29,948 nucleotides of DNA from a virus (lineage: Duplodnaviria; Caudoviricetes). The DNA lies in IMG/VR virus record IMGVR_UViG_3300037499_000048, positions 1 to 29,948 of that record; one strand, given 5' to 3'. Position numbers and translations under genes: made by a program. Positions 1 through 8,148 of the stretch are shown here, piece after piece; position 1 is the stretch's first letter, and each line of letters starts with the position of its first letter. The notes under the pieces were generated by a model. The model had not been told where the DNA came from. It made no database searches and saw only the letters and a list, made by a program, of their open reading frames with translations.

Positions 1-7
1 GCGGCGT

Positions 8-310
8 CTAGTACAGGTGCAGCGACCCGGCGTCGATGACCGGCTTCTCCGGCGTGTCGTCCACCCGCACATACACCCGGTAGCGGCCCACGCCAGGATC
101 GAGGGCACCGGCGTCGGGGCCGACGAGAATGCGCGCCACCCGTGTGGTGGCGGCACTGCCGACCCACGCCCCGACCGTCCACGTGGTGGCGTCCACCGGG
201 GCGCTGGTGAGGATAGCGAACTCGACCGGCTGGGTGTTCAGGGTCACGTCGCTGGTGATGGTGGCCTCGACGTATTCGGTGGATTCGGCCGGGCGGGAGA
301 TGTTGGGCAC
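8..310 (-). CDS. Small phage virion-associated protein (100 aa, beta-rich, BppU-like adaptor type)
   Basis: Likely true start is GTG at 310, overlapping the upstream stop (TAGTG) with a GGAGGA RBS. Sequence MPNISRPAESTEYVEATI...LVGP...YRVYVRVDDTPEKPVIDAGSL resembles small actinophage proteins found after fibre genes. The upstream part of the 407-aa track ORF is an off-frame shadow. Confidence 0.6.
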   Translation of the reverse strand: MPNISRPAESTEYVEATITSDVTLNTQPVEFAILTSAPVDATTWTVGAWVGSAATTRVARILVGPDAGALDPGVGRYRVYVRVDDTPEKPVIDAGSLHLY

Positions 311-1992
311 TAGTCCTCCTCGAGCGCGGCGGCCCACCGAGCGGCGGGCATGGTTGCGAGCGTGCCGGCGGCGATGCTGGCGGTCCAACGGGGCGCGGTG
401 AGCGCCGCAGTGATGTCGATGTTGCGGAGTTCGCCGACCTGCACAACCACCGTTGGGACGACGGTTGTCGCGTTGACCGTTGCCGGGGCGATGAGCACGT
501 CGCCGGTCGTGGTCACGGTCGGTGCTGGGAGGCTCGCCGTGGCCGCCACGGCGATGGGCAGGATGGTCACCGATCCGGTTACCGTCGGCGCCGGGATGGT
601 GGTCGTTGCGGCGACTGTGGCCGCGGTGATGGTCTGCCCGGTGACGATGGCCGGAGCGCCGACGCTGACCGTTGCCGCGACGGTCGTCGGGACGACATTG
701 GCCGACCCGCCGGCGGACACACCAGGCGTCGGAATCGTTGCTGTCGCGGCGACGCTGGCCGGGGTGACGGTCGATCCTGCCGAGACCGTGACCGATGGGA
801 TAGTGGCGGTGGCGGCGGCGGTGTCGGGTGCGGTCGTAGAGCTCGCGGAAACGGTCACCGCTGGCACTGTGGCGGTCGCTGAGACCACGCCAGGCTCGAC
901 CGTGGCCGAACCACCGACGGTGACTGTCGGCGCCCCTACGGACGCCACAGCGGTCACGGTGGCCGGCTGAACGGTCGATCCGGTCGACACGGCGGCCGCG
1001 CCGATGGAGGCTGTGGCTGCGACGGTGGCCGGGGTGACGTTGGCGGCGCCGCCGGCCTCGACCGTCGGCGCACCGATGGACGCGGTTGCGGAGACTGTGG
1101 TCGCGGAGACGGTGACTCCGACGCTGACGGTGACTGCCGGGATGAGCGCCGCGCCGAGCACCCGTGCCGGGGTGACGGTGGCGTCCCCGGAGGTTTCCGC
1201 ATCGGTGGTCGCCGAGACGACCTCGGACCATTCGGACAGCTCGCGGACTATTGGCGAGCCGATCGATGCTGTGGCCTGGACGACTGCCGGGGTAACTGTG
1301 GCGCCACCGGCGTCAAGAGTCGTGCCCGTCCAGGACCGAGTCGCGTCGCCCCACGTGGTGATCGACGAACCCCACGCCCCTGCGGGCACGGGAACGATCA
1401 CGGTGGGTGTTGGGATCGATGCCACCGCTGCGACCACGGCCGGTTCCACGGTGGCGTTGAGAGCCACCCCGCTGACGGTCAGCGACGGATGGCCGTTGGT
1501 CTCAGTGGGCGCGGCGCCGCCGTTGAGAACCCGCAGTTCCACCGTGTCGCTGTTGACCACGTCGGCGCCGCGGATCTGGACGCAGAACTCGACCTCGGAG
1601 TTGCCGGATGCGCCCAGCGATATCGAGGCGACCGCGCCGTCGACTTCGTCCATAGTGCCGGCGACGAACGTGCCGCCGGAGCCACCGGTCAGCTGAGTAG
1701 TGGTGGCGGCGTTGTCGGCGAAGTTCGCCGAGGCCGACGATCGGACCACGCTCGAGGACGCGGTGACATTGTTCCAGCCGCCGGTGTTCAGTTGATATTG
1801 CAACTGCGGCGTCGTCCATGTGCCGGCCGCGCCAGCGGTGTCACCGCCGCGGAACCGGACCCGGAAATTGACATCGGCATCGTTGGTCGACGGGTTGGTG
1901 TTCTGGTTCGCCTGCCAAGTGGCTGTCGTCTCGGAGCCGTTGTCGTTGCGGATGCGCCATGCCGAGGTGGCGAACGAGAACATGGCTACCAT
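310..1992 (-). CDS. Repeat-rich virion fibre/scaffold protein (560 aa): N-terminal beta-domain plus about 13 Thr/Ala/Val/Pro-rich ~22-aa repeats
   Basis: GGAGG RBS and overlap with the upstream gene. Repeats such as ATVTPATVAATASIGAPTV, plus a WGSSITTWGDATRSW motif. Located in the post-lysis structural block. Confidence 0.65.
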   Translation of the reverse strand: MVAMFSFATSAWRIRNDNGSETTATWQANQNTNPSTNDADVNFRVRFRGGDTAGAAGTWTTPQLQYQLNTGGWNNVTASSSVVRSSASANFADNAATTTQLTGGSGGTFVAGTMDEVDGAVASISLGASGNSEVEFCVQIRGADVVNSDTVELRVLNGGAAPTETNGHPSLTVSGVALNATVEPAVVAAVASIPTPTVIVPVPAGAWGSSITTWGDATRSWTGTTLDAGGATVTPAVVQATASIGSPIVRELSEWSEVVSATTDAETSGDATVTPARVLGAALIPAVTVSVGVTVSATTVSATASIGAPTVEAGGAANVTPATVAATASIGAAAVSTGSTVQPATVTAVASVGAPTVTVGGSATVEPGVVSATATVPAVTVSASSTTAPDTAAATATIPSVTVSAGSTVTPASVAATATIPTPGVSAGGSANVVPTTVAATVSVGAPAIVTGQTITAATVAATTTIPAPTVTGSVTILPIAVAATASLPAPTVTTTGDVLIAPATVNATTVVPTVVVQVGELRNIDITAALTAPRWTASIAAGTLATMPAARWAAALEED

Positions 1993-2330
1993 GGCCGCGC
2001 CTCCCGCTCATCCCATGCGGACTTGGACGGCAGGCCCGGATCCTCCACGGCCCGTTTCATCACGGCCTCGAACTCGGCGCGCGGCAGGGACCGGCCGAAC
2101 AGGACCCGCTTCCAGCCGGGACGCGACAGGTAGTCCCACAGCCCGAAGTGGTCGGCGCCGTACCACTGGCCGTCGTCGTACCAGTAGAAGTCCCGCTGCG
2201 AGTAGATGAACCGGCCCACCGTCGGATCGGCGACAGCCACGGCCTGCACGTCCAGCGCCGGCGCCTGCGACGGGTCGCCGTCCTCGTCGGACCAAGTCGT
2301 GCTATCTCCGTAGTAGATGCACCATTTCAT
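1986..2330 (-). CDS. Hypothetical phage protein (114 aa, aromatic-rich)
   Basis: ATG at 2330 overlaps the upstream stop (ATGA). MKWCIYYGD...DFYWYDDGQWYGADHFGLWDYL; the ORF-track N-terminal extension overlaps the neighbouring gene. Confidence 0.7.
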   Translation of the reverse strand: MKWCIYYGDSTTWSDEDGDPSQAPALDVQAVAVADPTVGRFIYSQRDFYWYDDGQWYGADHFGLWDYLSRPGWKRVLFGRSLPRAEFEAVMKRAVEDPGLPSKSAWDEREARPW

Positions 2331-3457
2331 CGGACAGCGCGGACTCTGTAGTCGAACTCGGTGGACGCGGCCAGGTCGATGTCGTCGTACTGCGTGCCGA
2401 CCACACTCTGCGCAACCACCACGCCGTCGCGCTCCACGTCGTAGCCGTCGGCGGCCAGCACCGCATTCCAGGTGAGCCGAATGCTCGAGCTCGACAGCGG
2501 GGTGGCGGTCAGTCCCGACGGCGGGCCCCACAGCAGCGGCGTCGGGATGCTCGCCCGCGCCGCGATGACCAGCGGGAACAGCCAGGCGTCCTCGTCGGTG
2601 GTGCCGCCGACGCCGAGTTGGTCGATGCTGCCGACCAGCGAGGAGCCGGCCACGAACGCCGCGGGGGCATCGCCCGCCGACACCAGCGCCGACGGCACCG
2701 ACGCGGCGACGGCGACGGTGACCGCGTCGACGGTGGCGTCCGAACCTGCGGCTACATGGCGGACACGCAGGATGCCCATCGCCCCGGCCGAGGACACGCC
2801 GGTGATGGTCAGGGCCCGGGTCGGTGCCACCGTCGGCGGTCCTGCGGTGACCGTGGCGTGCGCTGAGGTCAGCCGTGCGTCGTCGCCCTGGGTGGTGCCT
2901 GCGTCAAAGTCCTCGGTGATAGTGCTGACGGTTAGCCCGGTCGCGGTCAACGTGCCGACCGCGAACCCGGTGACCGAATCGGTGCGCGCACCGGACGGCA
3001 ACACCAGATGGTCGTCGGCGAGCCAGTCCGGCACCCCGGCCATGACCTCGGACCAGGAGGTGCCTGCGGTCTCCTCGGACAGCACGTCCAACACAGTCTC
3101 GTAGGTGCCCGCCGCACTCTTACGGAACACGTAGATGGCGGCAGCCAAGAAGTTCCCTTGACCGCCTGGCTGGCCGGCGCTGGGTGCGGTGTCCCCGACC
3201 TGAAGAACCCGCTCGAAAACGGTGATCCGGATCTTGCCTTGATCGACGCCGGAACCGGTGATGCCGCCGAGCCCGGTCCCCACCTGGGGCCAGCCGCTCG
3301 GCTCGGATGGACCATTCGTCTCGGTGCGATGCTTGGACATCACGACTAGGCACGCCAGGTCGTCGGCGGTCACCGAATAGCCGGAAGGGAAAACAGAACT
3401 GACGCTGTTAGCGGAAGCTTGGTAACTGGTGGGTGTTCCGACCAGGGTCAGCGTCAC
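2327..3457 (-). CDS. Virion fibre protein with C-terminal fibronectin type III domain (376 aa)
   Basis: C-terminal PPSGLTATPLSSSSIRLTWNAV..ADGYDVERDG...QYDD.DL...TEFDYRVRAV is a canonical FN3 pattern. N-terminal beta-rich domain, and two copies of the repeat seen in 310..1992. Confidence 0.75.
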   Translation of the reverse strand: MTLTLVGTPTSYQASANSVSSVFPSGYSVTADDLACLVVMSKHRTETNGPSEPSGWPQVGTGLGGITGSGVDQGKIRITVFERVLQVGDTAPSAGQPGGQGNFLAAAIYVFRKSAAGTYETVLDVLSEETAGTSWSEVMAGVPDWLADDHLVLPSGARTDSVTGFAVGTLTATGLTVSTITEDFDAGTTQGDDARLTSAHATVTAGPPTVAPTRALTITGVSSAGAMGILRVRHVAAGSDATVDAVTVAVAASVPSALVSAGDAPAAFVAGSSLVGSIDQLGVGGTTDEDAWLFPLVIAARASIPTPLLWGPPSGLTATPLSSSSIRLTWNAVLAADGYDVERDGVVVAQSVVGTQYDDIDLAASTEFDYRVRAVR

Positions 3458-3469
3458 GGTGGCCCCCGA

Positions 3470-5059
3470 TCAGGCGGTGTTGTTCCAGACCCGCGGATAG
3501 CGGCTTGCGGTGACGCCGCCCCCGGAGAACCGATGCGTCAGCTCCTGGTACTCGTCTCCCGGGTCGGGGTTGGTCAGCCCACAGTTCCCGAACGGGATCA
3601 CATGCCCGGTGGCCGCCGACCCGTCGCCGTTGAAACCGAACAGATTGCGGCCGTTGAAGTTCAGCCGCGCCTTACGCTCGGCGTTACTCGCCCCGCCGTC
3701 CATCTGGATCAGGCAGTGCGAGTCGTCGGTGCCGGACCAGCCGAGGATCTGGCAGTTCGTCATCGCGATCTTGTGCTGGACGATGACCTCGGTGTTGTCG
3801 ATCGTGCACTTGACGATCCCCCGCTTGCCGGCGTTCTCCGACGCGCCGGCGATCTGCTCGGACAGGCCGCCGGACTCGAAGTGCACCGAGTCGAAATGGG
3901 CCATCACGTAGTGCGTGTTGTTCGTGCCCTCGACCGCGTGGACGCCGCCGTCGAAGTGGGCGAACCCGTCGGCCGCGTTGGCCAGGGTCACGTCCCAGGC
4001 GTCCCACGTCACGTCGCGGATGCTCACGAACGTCTGCGAGGCGACCTTCATGTAGAGCCCGTACCCAGCGATCCGGTCCCACCGGCCGCCGCGGATCCAG
4101 AAGTTCGTCGCGCCCAGACCTTCGCAGGAGATGGCGTTGCCGGTGAACGCCCCCATGTGAACCTCATCGAGTCCGGTACCTGAGTCGATCTTCGCATTGT
4201 TGGCGCCTGATGGGCCGAACCGGATCGCCGTCGCCGCGATGTTCCGCCCCGCGAACCGCATGTTGCGGAACAGCGACGCCTGGATGTTGTTGCCGCTAGC
4301 CTCTGAGTTGAACATGATCCCGTCGGTCGCGCCGTCCCACACCACATTCGGCTGGTTCACCACGTGGTTGAAACCCATGGAGCCGACGCCCCACGTCCAC
4401 ACCGACTGCCGAGATTGGTCCGGTTGGCAGTCGATCGTGTCAGTGATCCGGTAGGTACGGCCGGCCGGGAACACCACGACACCGAATCCGCCGTCCGCCT
4501 GGGCTGCGGTGTAGGCGGCCTGGATGGCGGCGGTGTCGTCGGTGCCGCCGCCGACGGTGTGGTTCGAGTCGCCGATCGCGCCGTAAGTCAGCACGTTGTG
4601 GCCCTGGAAGTCGGTGCCGCCGAGGAATAGCCGCTTGTCGACGATCTGTGCGGCGGTGACCGTGGTGCCGGTGGTGAATCCGTTCGGCACGTACACGGTC
4701 GCCAGCACGGTCCGCGACGACGGAACGGATGGCAGCAGCGGCACCGCCGCGGGAGTGCCCACCACGGCGGCCTTGGTGCCGACGTTGTCGACGGTTATCA
4801 GGTCGATCCGGTCACTACCGGACGAGTTCGCGGTCAACGCGACGTTGCCGGAGACGATGTTGACGTAGACGCCGTCGACGACGGCGATGCCCGCCGCCAC
4901 CGACACCGAACCGTTCGCCGCGCCCGTGGTCGTGACCGCGCAGCCGCTTGATATGCCGGAGCGGAAGATGCCGGCGACGATGATGTCGAAGTCGGTTTCG
5001 GTGACGCGCGCCTGCCCCGGATAGGTGAGGCCGGCGACGTTCGGGAGCTTGAAGGCCAT
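3470..5059 (-). CDS. Tailspike/depolymerase-like protein with pectate-lyase-3-type beta-helix (529 aa)
   Basis: ATG at 5059 with GGAG RBS. NVLTYGAIGD...DDTAAIQAAYTAA...VVVFPAGRTYRITDTI is the typical beta-helix cap motif. The N-terminal region (SVSVAAG.AVVDG...RIDLI...LATVYVP...IVDKR) resembles a phage anchoring domain. Confidence 0.75.
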   Translation of the reverse strand: MAFKLPNVAGLTYPGQARVTETDFDIIVAGIFRSGISSGCAVTTTGAANGSVSVAAGIAVVDGVYVNIVSGNVALTANSSGSDRIDLITVDNVGTKAAVVGTPAAVPLLPSVPSSRTVLATVYVPNGFTTGTTVTAAQIVDKRLFLGGTDFQGHNVLTYGAIGDSNHTVGGGTDDTAAIQAAYTAAQADGGFGVVVFPAGRTYRITDTIDCQPDQSRQSVWTWGVGSMGFNHVVNQPNVVWDGATDGIMFNSEASGNNIQASLFRNMRFAGRNIAATAIRFGPSGANNAKIDSGTGLDEVHMGAFTGNAISCEGLGATNFWIRGGRWDRIAGYGLYMKVASQTFVSIRDVTWDAWDVTLANAADGFAHFDGGVHAVEGTNNTHYVMAHFDSVHFESGGLSEQIAGASENAGKRGIVKCTIDNTEVIVQHKIAMTNCQILGWSGTDDSHCLIQMDGGASNAERKARLNFNGRNLFGFNGDGSAATGHVIPFGNCGLTNPDPGDEYQELTHRFSGGGVTASRYPRVWNNTA

Positions 5060-5067
5060 CAGGACTC

Positions 5068-5730
5068 CTAGCCGATCTGGACGAACACCCGGTCGAGGCC
5101 GTTGATCGGCGTCCGGGTCGACGTGAATGTGGCCGGAGCCGAGGACTGCCCGGTCTGGACATAGCCGGACCACACCACATTGGCGATGCTGATACTGGTC
5201 GCGCCGATACCGTGCAGCCCGCTCGAGCAGCCCGACACCACCGATGTCGCCGTTAGGGTCAGCGTGCCGATCCAGCGCACACCGCTGACATTCTCAGCCG
5301 CGAACGTCTCGGACTTCACCCCCGTCGTCGTCGTGTCCAGCGCCGAGGTTGCCTTCTGCAGCGTCGTCGGATACGAGCTGGTCCCGTTGTCGTTGTAGAT
5401 CAGCAGCGTCTTAGTGGCGCCGGCGGTGCCGCCGGTGGCGACGTTGATGCCCAGGCCGGTGACCGTGGTTCCCGGCGGGAAGTCCATCCGGAATAGCCGC
5501 ACGTCGCCGACCGAGTTGGTCTGAGACGAGATGGCCGCCATGAACGGCGGCGAATACCACAACCCCGAGCCGAACTGGTGCTTGAGCCCGCCGGTGAGCG
5601 TGGCCAGCGCGACGATCTCGTCGGCCTGCTTCTGCTCCAGCGTCACGTGGCTTGGCGCCGATAGCGGGTCGGTGGACGTGCCCACCATGCTGGAGAAGTC
5701 GGGGACGACACCGGGATATTGAGCAGCCAC
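5068..5730 (-). CDS. Putative short fibre/spike protein (220 aa)
   Basis: GTG at 5730 with GGAGG RBS. N-terminus MAAQYPG..D....DPL.APSH....DEIVAL...G resembles a common phage fibre anchoring motif, followed by a beta-rich head. Confidence 0.6.
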   Translation of the reverse strand: MAAQYPGVVPDFSSMVGTSTDPLSAPSHVTLEQKQADEIVALATLTGGLKHQFGSGLWYSPPFMAAISSQTNSVGDVRLFRMDFPPGTTVTGLGINVATGGTAGATKTLLIYNDNGTSSYPTTLQKATSALDTTTTGVKSETFAAENVSGVRWIGTLTLTATSVVSGCSSGLHGIGATSISIANVVWSGYVQTGQSSAPATFTSTRTPINGLDRVFVQIG

Positions 5731-5732
5731 GC

Positions 5733-5924
5733 TTATCCTCCTGTCAGACTTCCGCCGACGAGGTCGGAGCCGCCGACGAATGACCGGCCTGTCGCGAACG
5801 CTGGCCATGCCGGCGGCTCCGTCGGGGTGGGTGTCGTCGTCGGCCCGCCCTTGTGGTTCGTCCGATGGTGCGTGACGATCACGCCGACGACACCGAGGAC
5901 GAAGTTGCGGCGGGATAGGATCAC
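5733..5924 (-). CDS. Small protein with twin-arginine-like N-terminus and Pro/Thr linker (63 aa)
   Basis: GTGA overlap with the upstream stop at 5921-5924. MILSRRNFVLGVVGVIV...GGPTTTPTPTEPP...GRSFVGGSDLVGG. Confidence 0.55.
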   Translation of the reverse strand: MILSRRNFVLGVVGVIVTHHRTNHKGGPTTTPTPTEPPAWPAFATGRSFVGGSDLVGGSLTGG

Positions 5925-6406
5925 GGCGTCGGTTGGTCCACACAAATGGCCTGTACGCTCAGTCGCCAGCTCTGGCCATCATCAACGGGCTTATATGCCA
6001 GTACGGTCCAGGATTGACCTGGACTTATTCCCGAAGGAGATGAAGCGTACGAATCCCGGATCACTGTTGATCCCCCTCCGGTGAATCCGCCGCCCCCAAT
6101 AACGATCTTACCCGTAGGGCACGTTGCCGTTACCGACTTGAATTGCGCCAAGTCGATGGGGCCAAAGGCTTGAACCAATTCCAGTCCAGCAACCCCACCC
6201 GCTGGACCTTGCGGCCCAGTCTGACTCCAATTCAGCGCTGTGGATCCAGACGGACAAGTCGCCGCCGAATCGATGACACTGAGAGCACCGGTGTTGTTTT
6301 TATAACAACCGTTGATCGTTCCGTCGGCGGCTGGAATCGAAGCGTATGCGACTCCGCCAGCTAAGAGAATCACGATGGCCAGAATCACAAGGCCCAGCTT
6401 CTTCAT
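5921..6406 (-). CDS. Secreted Cys-containing protein (161 aa) of a type common in Actinobacteria
   Basis: ATG at 6406 with GAGG RBS. Sec-type signal MKKLGLVILAIVILLAGGVAYA, then SIPAADGTINGCY...C.SG..ALNW..TGPQGPAG and TATCPTGKIVIGGG...W...AIC. More AT-rich than its flanks. Confidence 0.7.
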   Translation of the reverse strand: MKKLGLVILAIVILLAGGVAYASIPAADGTINGCYKNNTGALSVIDSAATCPSGSTALNWSQTGPQGPAGGVAGLELVQAFGPIDLAQFKSVTATCPTGKIVIGGGGFTGGGSTVIRDSYASSPSGISPGQSWTVLAYKPVDDGQSWRLSVQAICVDQPTP

Positions 6407-6417
6407 GTGTCTGCCTC

Positions 6418-6846
6418 TCACGCGAGATCGATCGCGAAAATACCCGCGGCCGCCCACTGGATGGCGAACGTGCCGTTCGTGGTCGAGTAGTCCGCGCCGA
6501 AATTGATACCCACAATCAGATTGCCAGCCACGATGTAGATTTTCGCGCCGCGAACACTCGGCAACGTGGTAGACGCTACAGATACGTCAGTAGCATCGAA
6601 CATTAGCGACTCTGTCGGCGATTCCGACACTGTTGTACCGGTAATCGCCACGCCGCCGGCAGCCCAGTTGGTACCGGTGACTTCATTGGTCACCGCATAG
6701 ACGGTCTCGGTAGAGAAGTTCGGCGTCTCAGTGTTGTTGTAGAGCGCGATCTTATGTGTTTCGAGATCGAGATCGACGGCAAGTTGCGAGGTGTCAAGGA
6801 TGTCTCTGAAGGTGGTGTAGTACAAACCACTCTTGGTCCAGGCCAT
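6418..6846 (-). CDS. Phage virion fibre 'bead'/structural subunit (142 aa)
   Basis: GGAG RBS. Motifs HKIALY, TNEVTGTNWAAGG, FDATDV and INFGADYSTTNGTFAIQW..AGIF match a widespread phage structural family that precedes repeat-rich fibre genes. Confidence 0.65.
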   Translation of the reverse strand: MAWTKSGLYYTTFRDILDTSQLAVDLDLETHKIALYNNTETPNFSTETVYAVTNEVTGTNWAAGGVAITGTTVSESPTESLMFDATDVSVASTTLPSVRGAKIYIVAGNLIVGINFGADYSTTNGTFAIQWAAAGIFAIDLA

Positions 6847-6849
6847 GAC

Positions 6850-7044
6850 TCAGACTCCCGTCTGCTCTGCGTCGCCGCCGACACTCAGACCGGTACGGCC
6901 CTCGCGCTCCTCGGCACGGATCTTCTGCACCTTCGCCACCGCCTTATCCCGGGCCTTGCGATTGGCCTCGGACGGGTCCTCGCGGTAGGCGTCCTTCGCG
7001 GCCACCAACTGGTCGACCGCGGCCGTCTCACGGCTACTTGTCAC
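6850..7044 (-). CDS. Hypothetical protein (64 aa, helical, charged)
   Basis: GAGGAG RBS; tiles between neighbouring genes. Confidence 0.6.
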   Translation of the reverse strand: MTSSRETAAVDQLVAAKDAYREDPSEANRKARDKAVAKVQKIRAEEREGRTGLSVGGDAEQTGV

Positions 7045-7285
7045 GGCGTAACTCCTCAGCCTTGATCTTGATGGGATCTGGTTTGACCGTCACGTCCTGG
7101 CCATCCCAGCGTTCGGTGACGTCCACCTTGTGGTGGTCATGCACATCGGTGGTGACCTTCCGCATCTGCTTACGGGCCGGGTCGGCGACGTACAGGCTGC
7201 GATAGTGCTCGGCCTGGGTGGCGCAGCAGCCGCGGGCACAGCGCGTGCTCACCACATCCACGGTCTGCTCAATGTCACGGTCCAC
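7034..7285 (-). CDS. Hypothetical protein (83 aa) with CxxGC..H motif
   Basis: RCARGCCATQAEHYRSL; tiles the operon; possible metal binding. Confidence 0.6.
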   Translation of the reverse strand: MDRDIEQTVDVVSTRCARGCCATQAEHYRSLYVADPARKQMRKVTTDVHDHHKVDVTERWDGQDVTVKPDPIKIKAEELRRDK

Positions 7286-7288
7286 GGC

Positions 7289-7759
7289 TCACTCCGTTAC
7301 TTCGCCGAAGCACTTGGTGTTGCCGCTAGCCTGCTTGCGGTCAGCCGGGTACAGGTGGATCGAGAATGCGCCCGGCGTGGCCACGAATCCCGAGATCGGA
7401 TTGAACGGATCCCAGAATGCGAAGTAGCCGGGCAGTGTCCCGTCGGGCTGCCAGTAGCGGGGCAGCACGACCAGGTCGTAGCCGTTCTCGTCCAGCAGCG
7501 CGCCGACGTTGGCGTGCGCGTTGTTCGACGGGTCCTTGGCCCAGTTGAGCTCACCGATGTACTGTCCGCCGGGAGTGCCGCCGGACACCTCGTAGTACCA
7601 GGTGCCGGGCTGCCCGAGGTAGTGCGGCGCGATCGGGTCGACGGCGTTCAGTTCGACGGCGCTGATCGGGACCTGCTGGACCCGGCACTCCAGCCCGTGC
7701 GCGCTCGGCGCCGCAGCGAGCAGCAGGACGGCGACGAGCAGCAGGACGCGCCTAACCAC
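7289..7759 (-). CDS. Secreted protein of unknown function (156 aa)
   Basis: Signal peptide MVRRVLLLVAVLLLAAAPSAHG; one Cys near each end of the mature part; aromatic/Gly/Pro-rich; overlaps the holin stop. Confidence 0.65.
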   Translation of the reverse strand: MVRRVLLLVAVLLLAAAPSAHGLECRVQQVPISAVELNAVDPIAPHYLGQPGTWYYEVSGGTPGGQYIGELNWAKDPSNNAHANVGALLDENGYDLVVLPRYWQPDGTLPGYFAFWDPFNPISGFVATPGAFSIHLYPADRKQASGNTKCFGEVTE

Positions 7760-7988
7760 TGAGCGTCTCGGAGTTGGTCAGCGACGGACCCGGCGCGGAC
7801 GTGATCGCGTCCGAGCCGACCGAGGTCAGCACGGATAGCAGCGTGGCGAGCCCGGCGATCGAGGCGCCCTTGACCCAGTCGACCTCGAGGATTCCGGTCG
7901 CGTCGGCGACAAGGAACGCGGCGAACGCCTGCGCGAATGTCTTGACCGCCCGTTCGGCGGCAGCCTTCCAGAAAGCGGCAGTGAGCAT
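7752..7988 (-). CDS. Holin, r1t family
   Basis: MLTAAFWKAAAERAVKTFAQ...ILEVDW...AGLATLLSVLTS...GPSL is the r1t-holin signature; AAGGGGG RBS. Confidence 0.92.
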   Translation of the reverse strand: MLTAAFWKAAAERAVKTFAQAFAAFLVADATGILEVDWVKGASIAGLATLLSVLTSVGSDAITSAPGPSLTNSETLSG

Positions 7989-8001
7989 GGCGAATCCCCC
8001 T

Positions 8002-8139
8002 TCATCTGTGCCAGGGACGGAAGTCCCAGGCGAAATGGAAAGCCCACGATGCGAGGGCCAGGACGAACAGATCCACGGCGTCGAGACTCGCGCCGAAGGC
8101 GACGAGGACCAGCAGCACGGCGGCGATTACGGCGAACAT
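8002..8139 (-). CDS. Small two-helix membrane protein (45 aa), not in the ORF track
   Basis: Translated by hand: MFAVIAAVLLVLVAFGASLDAVDLFVLALASWAFHFAWDFRPWHR*. GGGAG RBS; fills the gap before the holin. Confidence 0.7.
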   Translation of the reverse strand: MFAVIAAVLLVLVAFGASLDAVDLFVLALASWAFHFAWDFRPWHR

Positions 8140-8148
8140 CACGGCTCC

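Noticed and set aside
311-1231. N-terminal ~300 aa of the 407-aa Arg/His-rich ORF 8..1231
   Set aside because: Off-frame shadow of the 560-aa repeat gene. Only the last 100 codons (from GTG at 310, with RBS) look like a real protein.
400-1460. Repeats as a CRISPR array, DNA tandem repeat or DGR target
   Set aside because: Repetition is at the protein level with degenerate codons. There are no identical DNA repeats, cas genes or reverse transcriptase.
6195-6225. Collagen-like fibre call for 5921..6406
   Set aside because: Only GPQGPAG (two triplets), too short for a collagen helix, and the protein has a signal peptide.
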